Positions 8,151 to 19,251 are shown, numbered from the whole stretch's first letter. The stretch is DNA of 63,950 nucleotides, filler included, from Platydemus manokwari (GCA_037951405.1; 6 parts of 6 records of this genome joined end to end with filler, not necessarily neighbours in it), one strand, 5' to 3'. Made by a program: numbers and translations. Notes: generated by a model from the sequence alone, not told the origin.

Positions 8151-8198
8151 GTTATATTCCTTCTCTAAAAGTTGAATGATTATAATACGTTAATGTAT

Positions 8199-8224
8199 TA
8201 CACGTAAATAATGTAGGTTTGAAA
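8199..8224 (-). promoter_or_regulatory. Putative phage early promoter, copy 2
   Basis: Minus strand TTTCAAACCTACATTATTTACGTGTA. Confidence 0.6.
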
Positions 8225-8247
8225 AAGAATACAGATAAATACTAACA

Positions 8248-8274
8248 CCCTAACTACCGTTAAGGTAGTTAGGG
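8248..8274 (-). terminator. Stem-loop terminator
   Basis: CCCTAACTACC-GTTAA-GGTAGTTAGGG, 11-bp perfect stem just after the stop of 8284..8886. Confidence 0.85.
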
Positions 8275-8283
8275 ATACGGTTA

Positions 8284-8886
8284 TTATTTTAATTCACGAG
8301 CAAGATCGAGTAACACGTCAGAGAAGTCATAAATTACATTACTGGTAGCAGACTCGTAATTACTGGACTGTAATCTCTTCAATAAGGCATCGTTAGCTTT
8401 GTTAATAGATTTGGACAGTGGTGTATCCTGAACTAATCTTGCTTCTGGATGTTCAAAAAGGAATTCATTATACAACTGACAAATGTATTCTTGATCTTCA
8501 ATTCGCGAAGCTGTTCGACCAACAGTATGAGGAAATACCAGCTTACCATTAATCAGGTCGTGAAGTTCTGTGGATTCCACTCTGACAATGTTGTTATTTG
8601 CATCAAGTTTATACTCAACGCTTAACTTAGTCATCGCCTTTAAGGAGGAATGCATGTCCCCATATTCTCGAAGAAGTTCATTAGTTGTTTCCGTCATTTT
8701 CACACATAGTCGTTCAGAAACAACTTCACCATGTGCCGATCTGATTACTTTTCCTATTAGTCTGTTAACCTCGTGCAACACACGATCTGTAAATTCACGG
8801 TTCTCTTTCATGTGATAATGGTTTAAACAAACTTCACGTTCTTCTTGGGTCAGTGGAGTACTGTAATAACCGATGATGCTTTTCAT
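8284..8886 (-). CDS. Hypothetical phage protein (200 aa)
   Basis: ORF with AAGGA SD, its own promoter motif and its own terminator. Confidence 0.8.
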   Translation of the reverse strand: MKSIIGYYSTPLTQEEREVCLNHYHMKENREFTDRVLHEVNRLIGKVIRSAHGEVVSERLCVKMTETTNELLREYGDMHSSLKAMTKLSVEYKLDANNNIVRVESTELHDLINGKLVFPHTVGRTASRIEDQEYICQLYNEFLFEHPEARLVQDTPLSKSINKANDALLKRLQSSNYESATSNVIYDFSDVLLDLARELK

Positions 8887-8914
8887 AATGAATCCTTAAG
8901 TTAATGTTAGTTTA

Positions 8915-8940
8915 TACATTATAATGATATCAGTTTGAAA
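8915..8940 (-). promoter_or_regulatory. Putative phage early promoter, copy 3
   Basis: Minus strand TTTCAAACTGATATCATTATAATGTA. Confidence 0.6.
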
Positions 8941-9144
8941 ACATTTAAAGATCCTTAAGGATGTTTGCTACGCAAAGTGTATATAAACAAATCCCCCTTC
9001 CCCCTCCCACCTTCGGTGAAAGCATGTCTAAGTTAACGTAGTATAGGAACTCATTTTAAAACTTAATGTTCTGTATCATCTTTAATGTTTTATCGAGGTT
9101 AGTATCGTTAGCTAACCATCTAATTTTATCAAGGATCTGTACAG

Positions 9145-9855
9145 ATGTCTTACTCAACTTTTAATACCACCTCTAATAATCAGTTACTTGAACCAATGTT
9201 CCTGGGACAGAACGTAAACGTTTCCCGTTATGATCAACAGAAGTATGAGTCATTCGAAAAACTTATTGAAAAACAACTCTCATTCTTCTGGCGTCCTGAA
9301 GAAATTGACGTATCCAAAGACCGTATCGATTACATGTCTTTACCTGAACACGAGAAACATTTGTTCATCAGTAACTTGAAGTATCAGGTTCTATTGGATT
9401 CAATCCAAGGTCGTGGTCCTAACGTCGCTCTATTACCAATCACCTCCATCCCTGAGTTGGAAACCTGGGTTGAAACCTGGTCCTTCTCCGAAACGATTCA
9501 CTCTCGTTCGTACACACACATCATCAGAAATATCGTGGTTGATCCGTCCATCATCTTTGATGACATTGTATCTAACGAAGAGATCCAGAAACGTGCTACC
9601 GAAGTATCCCACTATTATGATGATCTGATTCGTAAGGTTCAGATGTATCACCTACTGGGTCTTGGTGACCACGTTATTAATGGTGAGAAAGTTACCGTAT
9701 CTCTGCGCGAGATCAAGAAAGCAACGTATCTAGCCATTCAATCCATCAATGCCCTGGAAGCGATTCGTTTCTATGTATCGTTCGCTTGCTCTTTTGCATT
9801 TGCTGAACGTGAACTGATGGAAGGTAATGCTAAGATCATTAAACTCATCGCCCGT
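9145..9855 (+). CDS. nrdB: Class Ia ribonucleotide reductase beta subunit, exon 1
   Basis: [22 protein letters not shown] (radical Tyr), [10 protein letters not shown]; ends ...KIIKLIAR. Confidence 0.97.
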
Positions 9856-9978
9856 TAATTGCTAGCGGCTTCTAGTGGCGACACTAGTCGAATAACACTG
9901 TTAACTCAGGGGACGTCTCGACGGGTAACTCCGTGCAATTACAATATCGAGAAAATCCTGATCTATTTAACTTCTACT

Positions 9979-10012
9979 TCTCCATGTTATGTGTAATACT
10001 TTTAACTGGAGA
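9979..10012 (+). promoter_or_regulatory. RBS-sequestering hairpin with internal TATG
   Basis: TCTCCATGTT (9979-9988) pairs with AACTGGAGA (10004-10012), which contains the GGAG SD of the endonuclease; TATG at 9988-9991. Confidence 0.55.
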
Positions 10013-10019
10013 TGAATCT

Positions 10020-10682
10020 ATGCAATATTATCCAGTATGGATATCCGAACATTATTTAGTTTACCCAGATGGAAGGGTATGGTCAGAGAGAAAAGGAATT
10101 TGGTTGAGGGATTGCCTCAGTCGTGTCTCTGGTTATTACATCTACGGTAGAAGCGTGACAGAGGTTGTTGGTGGTTCTCCAACTAAACACCGCATACTCG
10201 CTCACTGTTTCAAAGGTGGAATACCCGAAGGCATGACCGTCGATCATCTTGATGGTGACAAACTAAATAACGATCTGGACAATCTTGAAATTGTTACTCA
10301 TGCAGAGAACACCAAACGAGCGTATGCTGCCGGACTTGCCAAAGGTAAGAAAGGTCAAGATAATGCTGGTGCTAAGCTCACAGAGGAACAAGCAATTCGT
10401 GTATTTGAATATCTACAGAAAGGCCATTGTAATAACACAATAGCTAAACTGTTTGATCTTCACCCTAGGTACGTTTCTTTATTGAGACATGGTAAGCGTT
10501 GGAAACATCTCTACGATTACTATGGTCCCTTTGGAGAATCGATTCCAATCGATAAGTTTAACGATAAGTACATTGTTTACTTAAAGATGAAAGACACTCA
10601 CACGAATAAAGAGATTGCTAAAGCAGCAGAAGTTGACCCAAGCACAGTTTCACGCTGGCGTTCTGGGCAAACAAGAAGTTAA
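10020..10682 (+). CDS. Intron-encoded HNH homing endonuclease (I-HmuI-like layout with C-terminal HTH modules), 220 aa
   Basis: NUMOD4-like YLVYPDGRVWS; HNH core HRILA...VDHLDGDKLNNDLDNLEIVTHAEN; two HTH-like segments (AKLTEEQA...IAKLFDL and TNKEIAKAAEVDPSTVSRW); ATG 10020 behind GGAG. Confidence 0.92.
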   Translation: MQYYPVWISEHYLVYPDGRVWSERKGIWLRDCLSRVSGYYIYGRSVTEVVGGSPTKHRILAHCFKGGIPEGMTVDHLDGDKLNNDLDNLEIVTHAENTKRAYAAGLAKGKKGQDNAGAKLTEEQAIRVFEYLQKGHCNNTIAKLFDLHPRYVSLLRHGKRWKHLYDYYGPFGESIPIDKFNDKYIVYLKMKDTHTNKEIAKAAEVDPSTVSRWRSGQTRS

Positions 10683-10867
10683 GTAGTCCAACGATCATCG
10701 AAAGCACGTCTTTACGACGGAAGCAAGTAGAGTAGGGTACAAGCCAATGGTACTCGAAACGCAGTGGGTCTCAGTAATGAGATCGTGATATGATCTGGTC
10801 TGCATGGTGACATGTAGCAGTTCTTAAGAGAACGGGGTAAGCCTTGCGAGCTTACTTGAACAACACG

Positions 10868-11287
10868 GACGAGGCACTCCACCTTACTGGCACACAACAC
10901 ATGATCAATCTCATGAACTCTGGTACTGATGATCCAGAGATGAAAGAGATCGCTATTGAATGCTACGACGAATCATACAACATGTTCGTTCGTTGCGCTG
11001 AGCAAGAGAAAGCTTGGGCGGAGTACTTGTTCAAAGATGGTTCTATGATCGGTCTGAATAAAGAAATTCTCTGTAATTACATTGAGTACATTACCAATAT
11101 CCGCATGCAGGCTATCGGTTTAGCTACTCCGTTCAGTACCAAGTCTAACCCGATTCCGTGGATCAACACCTGGTTGGTATCTGATAACGTTCAGGTTGCT
11201 CCTCAGGAAGTTGAGATCTCTTCCTATCTGATAGGACAGATTGATTCCACTGTAGATACAAACGCATTTGGTAATTTTGAACTGTAA
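10868..11287 (+). CDS. nrdB: Ribonucleotide reductase beta subunit, exon 2
   Basis: [10 protein letters not shown]...[13 protein letters not shown]; spliced product is 237+139 = 376 aa. Confidence 0.97.
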   Translation, partial: DEALHLTGTQHMINLMNSGTDDPEMKEIAIECYDESYNMFVRCAEQEKAWAEYLFKDGSMIGLNKEILCNYIEYITNIRMQAIGLATPFSTKSNPIPWINTWLVSDNVQVAPQEVEISSYLIGQIDSTVDTNAFGNFEL

Positions 11288-11296
11288 TTTATACAG

Positions 11297-11328
11297 ATAG
11301 AGTCTGGGGCTTCGGCCCTGGATTCTAT
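11297..11328 (+). terminator. UUCG-capped stem-loop after nrdB
   Basis: ATAGAGTCTGGGGC-TTCG-GCCCTGGATTCTAT. Confidence 0.75.
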
Positions 11329-11367
11329 GCTTAGCTAAGATAAGTATAATGTTAATTAGGAGGTAGT

Positions 11368-11694
11368 ATGTCCGCCCCACAACCCGCTGTGGAAATCAGG
11401 ACAAGCGCTCATCGTAAAGGTATCGACCGGTTAATTGTGGACTTTGCTGTTCTCTTGAATCGCGGTGGATATCCTGCTCATGTTGCCCTTGCCAGCCTGG
11501 TAAATAAAAGTAAAAATGTTACCAAGCTTATTGGTCAAAACTATAACAGCTCTAACGGTACAATTTCTGTTGAATTTGAAGTTGAACCAACCACTGATCC
11601 AGATGTACTGGTTAAACATGCGGTTCAGGTAGAATTGAGCGTTGCTAATGAACCAGGTGTTGCACCTGCTTATTACTCTGGTGAATTGGGATGT
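11368..11694 (+). CDS. Hypothetical phage protein, truncated by the contig end
   Basis: AGGAGG SD; open to the linker; beta-rich composition. Confidence 0.7.
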
Positions 11695-11794
11695 NNNNNN
11701 NNNNNNNNNNNNNNNNNNNNNNNNNNNNNNNNNNNNNNTTAATTAATTAANNNNNNNNNNNNNNNNNNNNNNNNNNNNNNNNNNNNNNNNNNNN
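11695..11794. other. Artificial contig linker
   Basis: 44 N + TTAATTAATTAA (stops in all six frames) + 44 N. Confidence 0.99.
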
Positions 11795-12098
11795 GTTAAT
11801 GTCTGGTATCCATTGAATAATTTTTTAACGAATAACATAAATGAGTTTATGCTAGAGATTCTTCTTATCGCTCGGAATTATATAAAATATTTTTTTTCAA
11901 AATTAAATTAAGTGGCCAAAATACTTTAGGGTTTTTATAGAATCATTTTCATTCAATGACAATATCCTACTTGCACATGAAAACCATCAATTTGAGTTCG
12001 TTTCTCACAAAAATGAAAGTTTGTAAAGTTACGTAATCGCACCTAATATTTAATTCTCAATTGTGTTTTTTTCTCATGAAAATCGCTTTTGTTTGCAG

Positions 12099-15000
12099 GG
12101 GATTCAAACCCGAAGAAGCCGAATTACAATATATCAACATTGCTAAACAGTTATCTCAATACGGGTGCGATTTATACACTTGCCAGGTTAGTTTATCTGT
12201 TATTAATGGTGATGACATAATCAATTACGTATAATAGCTATTCGCAAAATGTGTTTTATGAATTTGACTGTTGTTAAGATATATATCAATAATCGAACTA
12301 TTTATCGAACAATGATCATATCGAGATGAGATATGAGATATATTCAACGATAAAAATATAAGTATTTAATGATGCTTTTTGGGTTTAATGTCACTGACTA
12401 CACACCAAATATTTGTTGAGTTTTTCGATTGGAAGAGCTGTTTCAATAAGCACTTTGCGTATCATATTGACAAATATCATGCGAGAACTGAATGGAATTT
12501 TTTAATTAAGTTCCGTCCGGATATCCATCATATTTGAAGACCAATGTGGCTTAAATTCGCTGGTTTCTATGAGATGAAGAGAAACATTAATAATATTATT
12601 AATAATAATTTTACACTTGACATTTTCTGATTTCATTAATGATTTATTCTAAGCTATTTTTAAATCTACTTAATAAAAGAATTTTAATACAAATATTTCA
12701 AACACTTCCGTATTTGCAATCTCACATGATTGAAATCATCATTCATTAAAATAATGTTTACTCTGAAGTGTTATTAGAATAGCATTGAATTTGTTGATTG
12801 GTCGATCGATCAGTTGCTTCGATCAAAATAGAAAGTGGTATAAAAATATATGATTCATTATTTGTTTCATAAATATTGTTGCCCATCATGAAATTATAAC
12901 CAAAATACAATGTCTATTTATTTCTGACAATCCTTGTCTTTGCCTAATTGATATTTCCTAGAGGATTTGTAACTTATTATATGACGGATACACTGTGAAG
13001 CACAATATCGGTTCCATTTTTATCCTGATAAAGAATATATTCGTTCTAATATTGGCACTAGTAGTTTGGGTATAAATGATTTATCGGATTGTTTAAAAGG
13101 CATTTTATATTTTATTTACACAACTTTGATCTCTCAGTCACTTCCAATCGTTCGATAAATATTAATTTGATATTTTCTTTGCTAAAAATCTATTCGTTTT
13201 CTCCATTTACTTATATCTTACAGTTGATCATATATTGTCACAATAAATATTAGAATTTTCATCGTTAGAATTTATATTTCAAATAATTATTTGTATCGAT
13301 ATAAATAATAAATATTGCGTTTATTATTAATATAAATGATTCTTTGTTGATCATTCCACAGTTATTGGATGAACAAGTTCAATTTGGTATCCATGCCAGC
13401 GGAATAACGGTCTTTCCATCAAATGCCAAAGGTGCATTCATTTTACCTTGGAATTCCATTGAAAAAGTGCTGAACAAAAATAAATGTTTTCTGGTTAAAA
13501 TAATCATTGGTCAAGTAAGATTTTTTGATAACAGATGTTGTTATGATTGTTCCTTCATTCAAATTGGTGGCATATTGAATCTATTTGATTGATGAAATTT
13601 TATACGTCCACTAAGGCGGTGTCAATAATTATTTGTTGTCGTGATTTTGTTTTAAAATTAAAAAATAATTGATTACCACAATATTTGGTTTGATTTCATA
13701 ATAATATTATTATTGTCATAAGATAACATGAAGATAGTCAAACATTTCCATTCTAATAAAGAGATATTTCACTTTGACCAATAGCCAGTTGAAGTTCTTT
13801 TGATTTTGTATTTTAAAAGAAGCGGGTTTGTTTTATTATGTGACTGCGTAGCATTTTTATAAACTTATGTTAATGCTTGAATTAGTTCGAAAGAATTAGC
13901 ATATTTGGTGAACATTTTCGTATTTTTGATTGGTGTTTTCAAAAGTACAAATCTAAGTGGAGGATCTTATTTCCGTTGAATATGTTCATTTTTTCATAAA
14001 TAACTTTACCGATAGATCTTTGTCGATTGGATTTTATCATGTACCGTGTTTGGTCATAAGCTATGGAATGATCGAGTATGTAAGCCGCTACTATTTTGAA
14101 AACCACATATTAAAATCGAACTGAAAATTCACGACACCAGATTATATTTAAATACAATTTGATATGGTCAAACATTATATAACCAAATTATCCCTTCATA
14201 ATCATATCATAAAATTATTCGGAGAAAAATTCAAAATATCAATATCTAGGACTTAATAATTTTCGAATGTAAAACCCTTAACTATATGGTGAAAAACAAT
14301 GAACTTTCTATACAAGTTCTTTATTTATTTTTCTACAGCCAATAGTTTCTATGGGCGATGGTGGTGCATCGCATTCTTTGCAAAAAGGCGTCAAGGCTGA
14401 TAATTCTCTTATTCATCAGAAAATGAACTCAGGTTTGAAATTTATGTTTCAAATGAAAGACATAGCCAAAGAAGCATGGCGGAATTCAATAGAAATCCAT
14501 TCCTTTTTCCGTGTGAAAGATCCAAAGCAAGTACATGCCGGTGGCACTCTGAAAAGATCTCAATCATTTTTCAAATTTTCTTCTGTTGCAAATATTTTCG
14601 GTGGCCGTCGAACTTTACCAGAACTGCTTGATATAAGGCGTAGAAACCGAATGATGGAACGCTCTTTTTCTCGGTTTGATTGATCTTTGATTGTTAAATG
14701 ATTAACGAATGAAATATTTCAGGATTCCTAGTAAGCGTTATAAAGGAAAAAGTCAGTCTGCCGTAGAAAGACAATCTGTAATCAGCTCCGAAGTGAATCG
14801 GTCATCTGGTATTGTTTATGGAAAGAGTGCTCCACCAACATCAATAGGCATTAGCAACAATAAACATAAACCCCAATCCCATGTATGGTATCTTATAAAT
14901 CTATCTATCTATGTCTATATCTATATCTATCTACCTATTTATAAAGAATTTTTTTTTTAATATTTTTTTAATATTTTTTAAATTTATAAATAAATATAAT

Positions 15001-16600
15001 CTGACTCTAAATATCTTATCAATTTTTCATATTATGCAATTCTAATTATTATTCCAAAAATTTTTAGAATGCCATCGCGACCATTTAGTAATTTGAAGTT
15101 GATATTCGTCATTTTGATAATGACATTGCTAAGGGCTAGCTATAAATCTGAAAACAGTTTCTCTGGCCAAATTTTAATTAAATTTAAACATACAGCCCAT
15201 AACCATCAATTTTTTCCACGTCAATACCTTAAATATATACTTTTATTCGATACCAAATTACAAATTGGAATCCACTTCAACATTAGTCATAGGAATGCAT
15301 CGTGGGAATATTCTAACCTCTATTTCGATTGGCAATGCAGTGCATTGTCGGTAAGCCGCTTTTGAAAACGGTGGTAATTATTTGGTTATCTTGGGAATAG
15401 TGACGATGTCCATAAAAATATAGCTATCGTTATTGAATTTAATGGTTCCCTAATTATACTCATTGATCGATAATTCAGTTAGCGTTAAACTACAAACGAC
15501 GATTAGTACATTTACAAAAAAGTAATCCTTTTTTTATTCTTTAGATTAAATCACACATCAAACTCCTCTATCGATATAGTTCTCATCCAATCATCAATAT
15601 AAATTATGTAATATGCGTTAAGGATGATCAATAAAGCATAATAACGTGGTAACTCGTTTTATATTGATGATTTCATTTGATCATGATATTAAACCTGTAC
15701 TCATGATCTGATTTATTATTATACCCAACAAATTATCAGCTAAGACATTTTATTGTGTTCAAAAATCATTACACAACAAACAGTTTGGACAGAAACTAAA
15801 TAAAAACTTGGAATAAAATTTCTAATTGAATGTTATCTCATTGAAATAATATTTTAATAATATGATTAATCCATAAACGGCTACTGGCGATTATCAATAT
15901 CGTTATCAATATCGTTGCAACATTTCGATTGTTGTACTATAGCTATTTATTATTCTTATAACAATAACAGTAGCTATGTAAGGACTTGTTAAACAATCGA
16001 AAAAAGTGAAATGAATCCAAGGTTTCAGTAGGAAGAGGATTAATAAATATTTGGAAAATTTTCAATCGATAAAGAGGTCATCGAAAATTGAGATATTGAA
16101 ATAAAGACACTGAAATCCAAATTTTAGAAATATATTTGAATGAAAAATAATGTTTTGTGTTTATTGAAAACTAGCTACTGTCAATTTATCAGTGGCCAAT
16201 GTTTTGATAAATATTATTTTCAAAAGGATCCAAAGAAACGAATTGAAATCAGCAATAGTGAAAGCTCCGATGAATCTAATGATCATGATTTCGATACGTC
16301 TTTGGAGCCTGGGAATTTTCGACACAAATCAAATATCACTCAAAGTGTTCGTGTATCGAAAACATTTCCCACGAAAGACTTTCAAAAACATCCCGTTATT
16401 CATTCATCAATGCCTCGACAGAAAAGCAATCAAACAATATCCAAATCACAATCATCAATAAACCATGATTTAAGTCCAAATGGTATGATTTTTTGCATTT
16501 ATTATCAAAATTCTCTCAATACTGACATCTTAGAATTGAATGCCGATGATGCCAATCGTAAAACAATGTCCAGAAATGAACCAAACAGATCTTCGAATAT
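12099..16600 (+). CDS. FERM-domain (band 4.1 superfamily) gene, internal exons
   Basis: GT-AG exons: 12099-12186 (GFKPEEAELQYINIAKQLSQYGCDLY), 13362-13514 (FGIHASGITVF...PWNSIEKV), 14339-14673 (AKEAWRNSIEIHSFFR plus FERM-adjacent GRRT...FSR), 14723-14882 (IPSKR); probable Ser-rich exons 16227-16482 and 16534-~16600. Confidence 0.85.
14079..14200 (+). repeat. Truncated copy of LTR-like repeat family A
   Basis: TGTAAGCCGCTACTATTTT...AACTGAAAATTCACG shared with 16929, 17324 and 44888 (minus); end approximate. Confidence 0.7.
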
Positions 16601-16928
16601 GGTTGTTATTGATATTTTTATGATATAATAGTAACAATATTAGAAATAATAGAAATTATAAATTATTATTATTATTATTATTGTTTTTATTATTATTCAG
16701 TTTTGAAATAATGTATTTCTAAAAATGTAGAACATCTTTAAATCGAATATTAACAAGAGTGAGTAGCAAAAAAAATGATCGAATCAAACATATGATAATA
16801 TACGAAATTTGATTTAAACAAATCATTTCATAAAGCGGAATTTATCGATTTAATTTTTGTAATATAAAAGGAGCGTGACATGACCAGAACTGTGAATTTG
16901 AATTTGTAAAGAAATTCGTTGATATTAT

Positions 16929-17410
16929 TATGAGCCGCTACTATTTTACAAAACACGCATCTTAAACTAACTGAAAACACGTGACATCAAAAATTGTATT
17001 CAAATACCATTATTTAAACAAACGGATATAATTTGCTATTAAATTAAATTTTATACAAAATTAACCCTTTGAAAATTCAAATTCAATCTCAAATTCACAC
17101 ATCCCCTTTCTTTGTAATATTTGATTTTCTTTTTATTGTTAATTGGCATTGTATCGAATACCCTACATATTTATCTACATAAAAACTCTTCTTATCTTTA
17201 ATATCTTTATATTTTCTATACTTCTTCGTATATTCTCTATATAATCTCAACATCTTTCTCCTTCTTTTCCATAATTTTCAGTAACAGATCTTCTTAGAAT
17301 CGAATCCAGATGTGTGGTCGCCATGTAAGACGCTACTATTTTATAAAACACGCATCGAAAACGAACTAAAAATACAATTATATAAACTAATTAATTTCAA
17401 ATTCTTACAA
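16929..17410 (+). repeat. LTR-like repeat family A: full copy (16929-17323) plus abutting start of a second copy
   Basis: About 395 bp ending GGTCGCCA, immediately followed by TGTAAGACGCTACTATTTT. Confidence 0.7.
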
Positions 17411-19251
17411 TTAATATGTAGGATAATTATTGACTGATTTTTCCCATTTATTAAACATGCTGCATATATTTCCGACAATAATTCGGTTTTATTTACTGCA
17501 CGTGATACGTCTAAACATGGATTGATGCCGATAAAGAAACATATGGACAATTTGTTCGCTAATGGATTTTTGGGATGATTATAATAAGATCAATTGTAAT
17601 CAGACATGTGACCTATCCACTTCTTGTCAACCGAATAAATTTTAAGTGCCACGACGATTGTTCGTAGAGTAAAATTATAATATTGAACTCATAAATTTTA
17701 AAGATTTTTTTCTTTTTCTTTCATTACTTAACGGTTTTAATAATATTTGCTATCAATTCATCATTATTGGTTCACGTTTACGCTAAACGTTTCCACCTTT
17801 CAAATGAAAATCATACCATTCATTATCAGTGTCATGTAAAATGTAACCTCGCCATCTATAATTCAGACCCGTCTAACCAATTTCAAAATCATTTTTGATA
17901 TTAATGTATTGAATATAAACAAATTTAGCAAAACATAAACAATATATTTATCTAAGTAATAGACGGGGATTTTTGGTTTCTGATAATTTCGCCACTCGTC
18001 TGGAAAATATTGTTTTATCCAAAACATCTTGTTATTGATTGATATTTATTCCGAATAAGTTATACATAAAAAATAAGTTATCATTATTGGTTGTCACATT
18101 TTACTAACAATGCCATCGATTATTAGATTTTGTTTTAGTTCCAGTTTCTATTAAAAATCAAATCATTATAAATTTCGGTATTTATATTCTTCACCAATAA
18201 TGCCATTACATCAGGTATGGGCACCGTTATTGATGTTTAAACATGATATATGGTCCGATTATTGAAATCCTAAACCAAAATACACATTTCATATGGTTCC
18301 GCCACTTAATATTCTCATTCTATTATTAATAAATGTGATTTTTCCCTTTCCAGTAACGATAATTCCGATTTATAAAAAATTTAATATCTTGCAAAAAAAA
18401 TAATAATTCACAAGCCGACGAGTCATTAATTAAATCGAAGAGTCATTAATTAAGTCGGCATCGGGGGAAATTCAAATGACAAAGCCCGTTAAAGAATGAA
18501 ATTGTGTTGATATACAATACTGATTGTGTAAATCATTTAATCATCCATTTCGCTGCGATTTCATTAAATGTTGTTCGGTGGTGCTAACTTAAATGCGATA
18601 TTTTATGTGTTTCCCTGTTTCATTTCGATCAGATATCGTGATTATTTTTTGTCCTCAATTTATCAGACAATCACTATAGTGATTTTCTATTTCCGATTTC
18701 TTTTATGGGATACGATGAAATAATTGATAATGTTGGTATCGATATTCTAACGCGATATATTTGGAATTGCGGCCTCTTCTGTCGATTTTTTTTCGTTCAG
18801 TAATGAGCATACTTGGGTCTTGTCGTAACAAGTTACTAGTTTTGTTACTTCGGCATTTGTTTCTGAGACATTCGGATTGTCTACTGCCTGCTGTAAAGTT
18901 GGTCATTTTACAAATCGTATCGCTTCTATCATTTTATCCAAGTTTACCTTGGCTGTTTTTGATTAAAATACCCAATTTAATATTCATGTGCCCACAGCTG
19001 AATAATCCAATAAATATTATTCATAAAATCGATTGATTCAAGGAAAACTCTATAATTATTAATTGGGAATTATAAGAAATTCATCTAACAAATTGAAATT
19101 CAATTTACCTCATTTAAATCTCCTGTAAAATTATTGGTGGAAAATGATTATCGAATCAGTTCTCTTGTTAACCATATCGACTATTTCAAATGGTATTGAT
19201 TTGGATATTCGATAAAAAGCAAATGACATTGATTGGATTATCATTGTAATT

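Larger units (their letters stand above)
9856..10867 (+). mobile_element. Group I intron (IA2-type), 1012 nt, in nrdB
   Basis: Exon ends in U (9855) and intron ends in G (10867). Visible pairings: P1 CCGU|UA with UAGCGG; P2 CUAGUG-GCGA-CACUAG; P3 CACUG/CAGUG; P4 UCAGG/CCUGA; P6a 9963-9975 with 10674-10686; P7 GAUCA (10693) with UGAUC (10791); P7.1/P7.2, P8 and P9 hairpins. Removal restores IAR|DEALHL in frame. Confidence 0.95.
1..11694. mobile_element. Bacteriophage genome fragment, probably phiKZ-like jumbo phage (Chimalliviridae-like) of a gammaproteobacterium
   Basis: Dense intronless ORFs with SD sequences and ATGA overlaps; thyA, nrdB with group I intron and many short hypothetical genes; CATAA-stem-loop-TTATG terminator style and TAYATYAT-like promoter cores recall phiKZ-like phages. 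No hallmark capsid, RNAP or chimallin gene in view, so the family is inferred. Confidence 0.75.

Noticed and set aside
8941-9144. Short hairpins and a C-rich tract upstream of nrdB as a possible riboswitch or tRNA
   Set aside because: Only small isolated stems (ATCCTTAAGGAT, CACC-TTCG-GTG, GGTTAG..CTAACC); no recognisable RNA family or cloverleaf.
9856-9858. TAA ending the nrdB ORF, suggesting a pseudogene, split gene or stop-codon recoding
   Set aside because: It is the first three nucleotides of the group I intron; splicing restores the frame. An intein is excluded because the frame is not continuous.
9933-10019. N-terminal 29 aa of the 249-aa ORF
   Set aside because: Overlaps ribozyme P5/P6 elements; the SD-supported start is ATG 10020.
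18412-18460. GAGTCATTAATTAA direct repeat within GCCGAC...GTCGGC
   Set aside because: Only two short units; not a CRISPR array; compatible with a local duplication.
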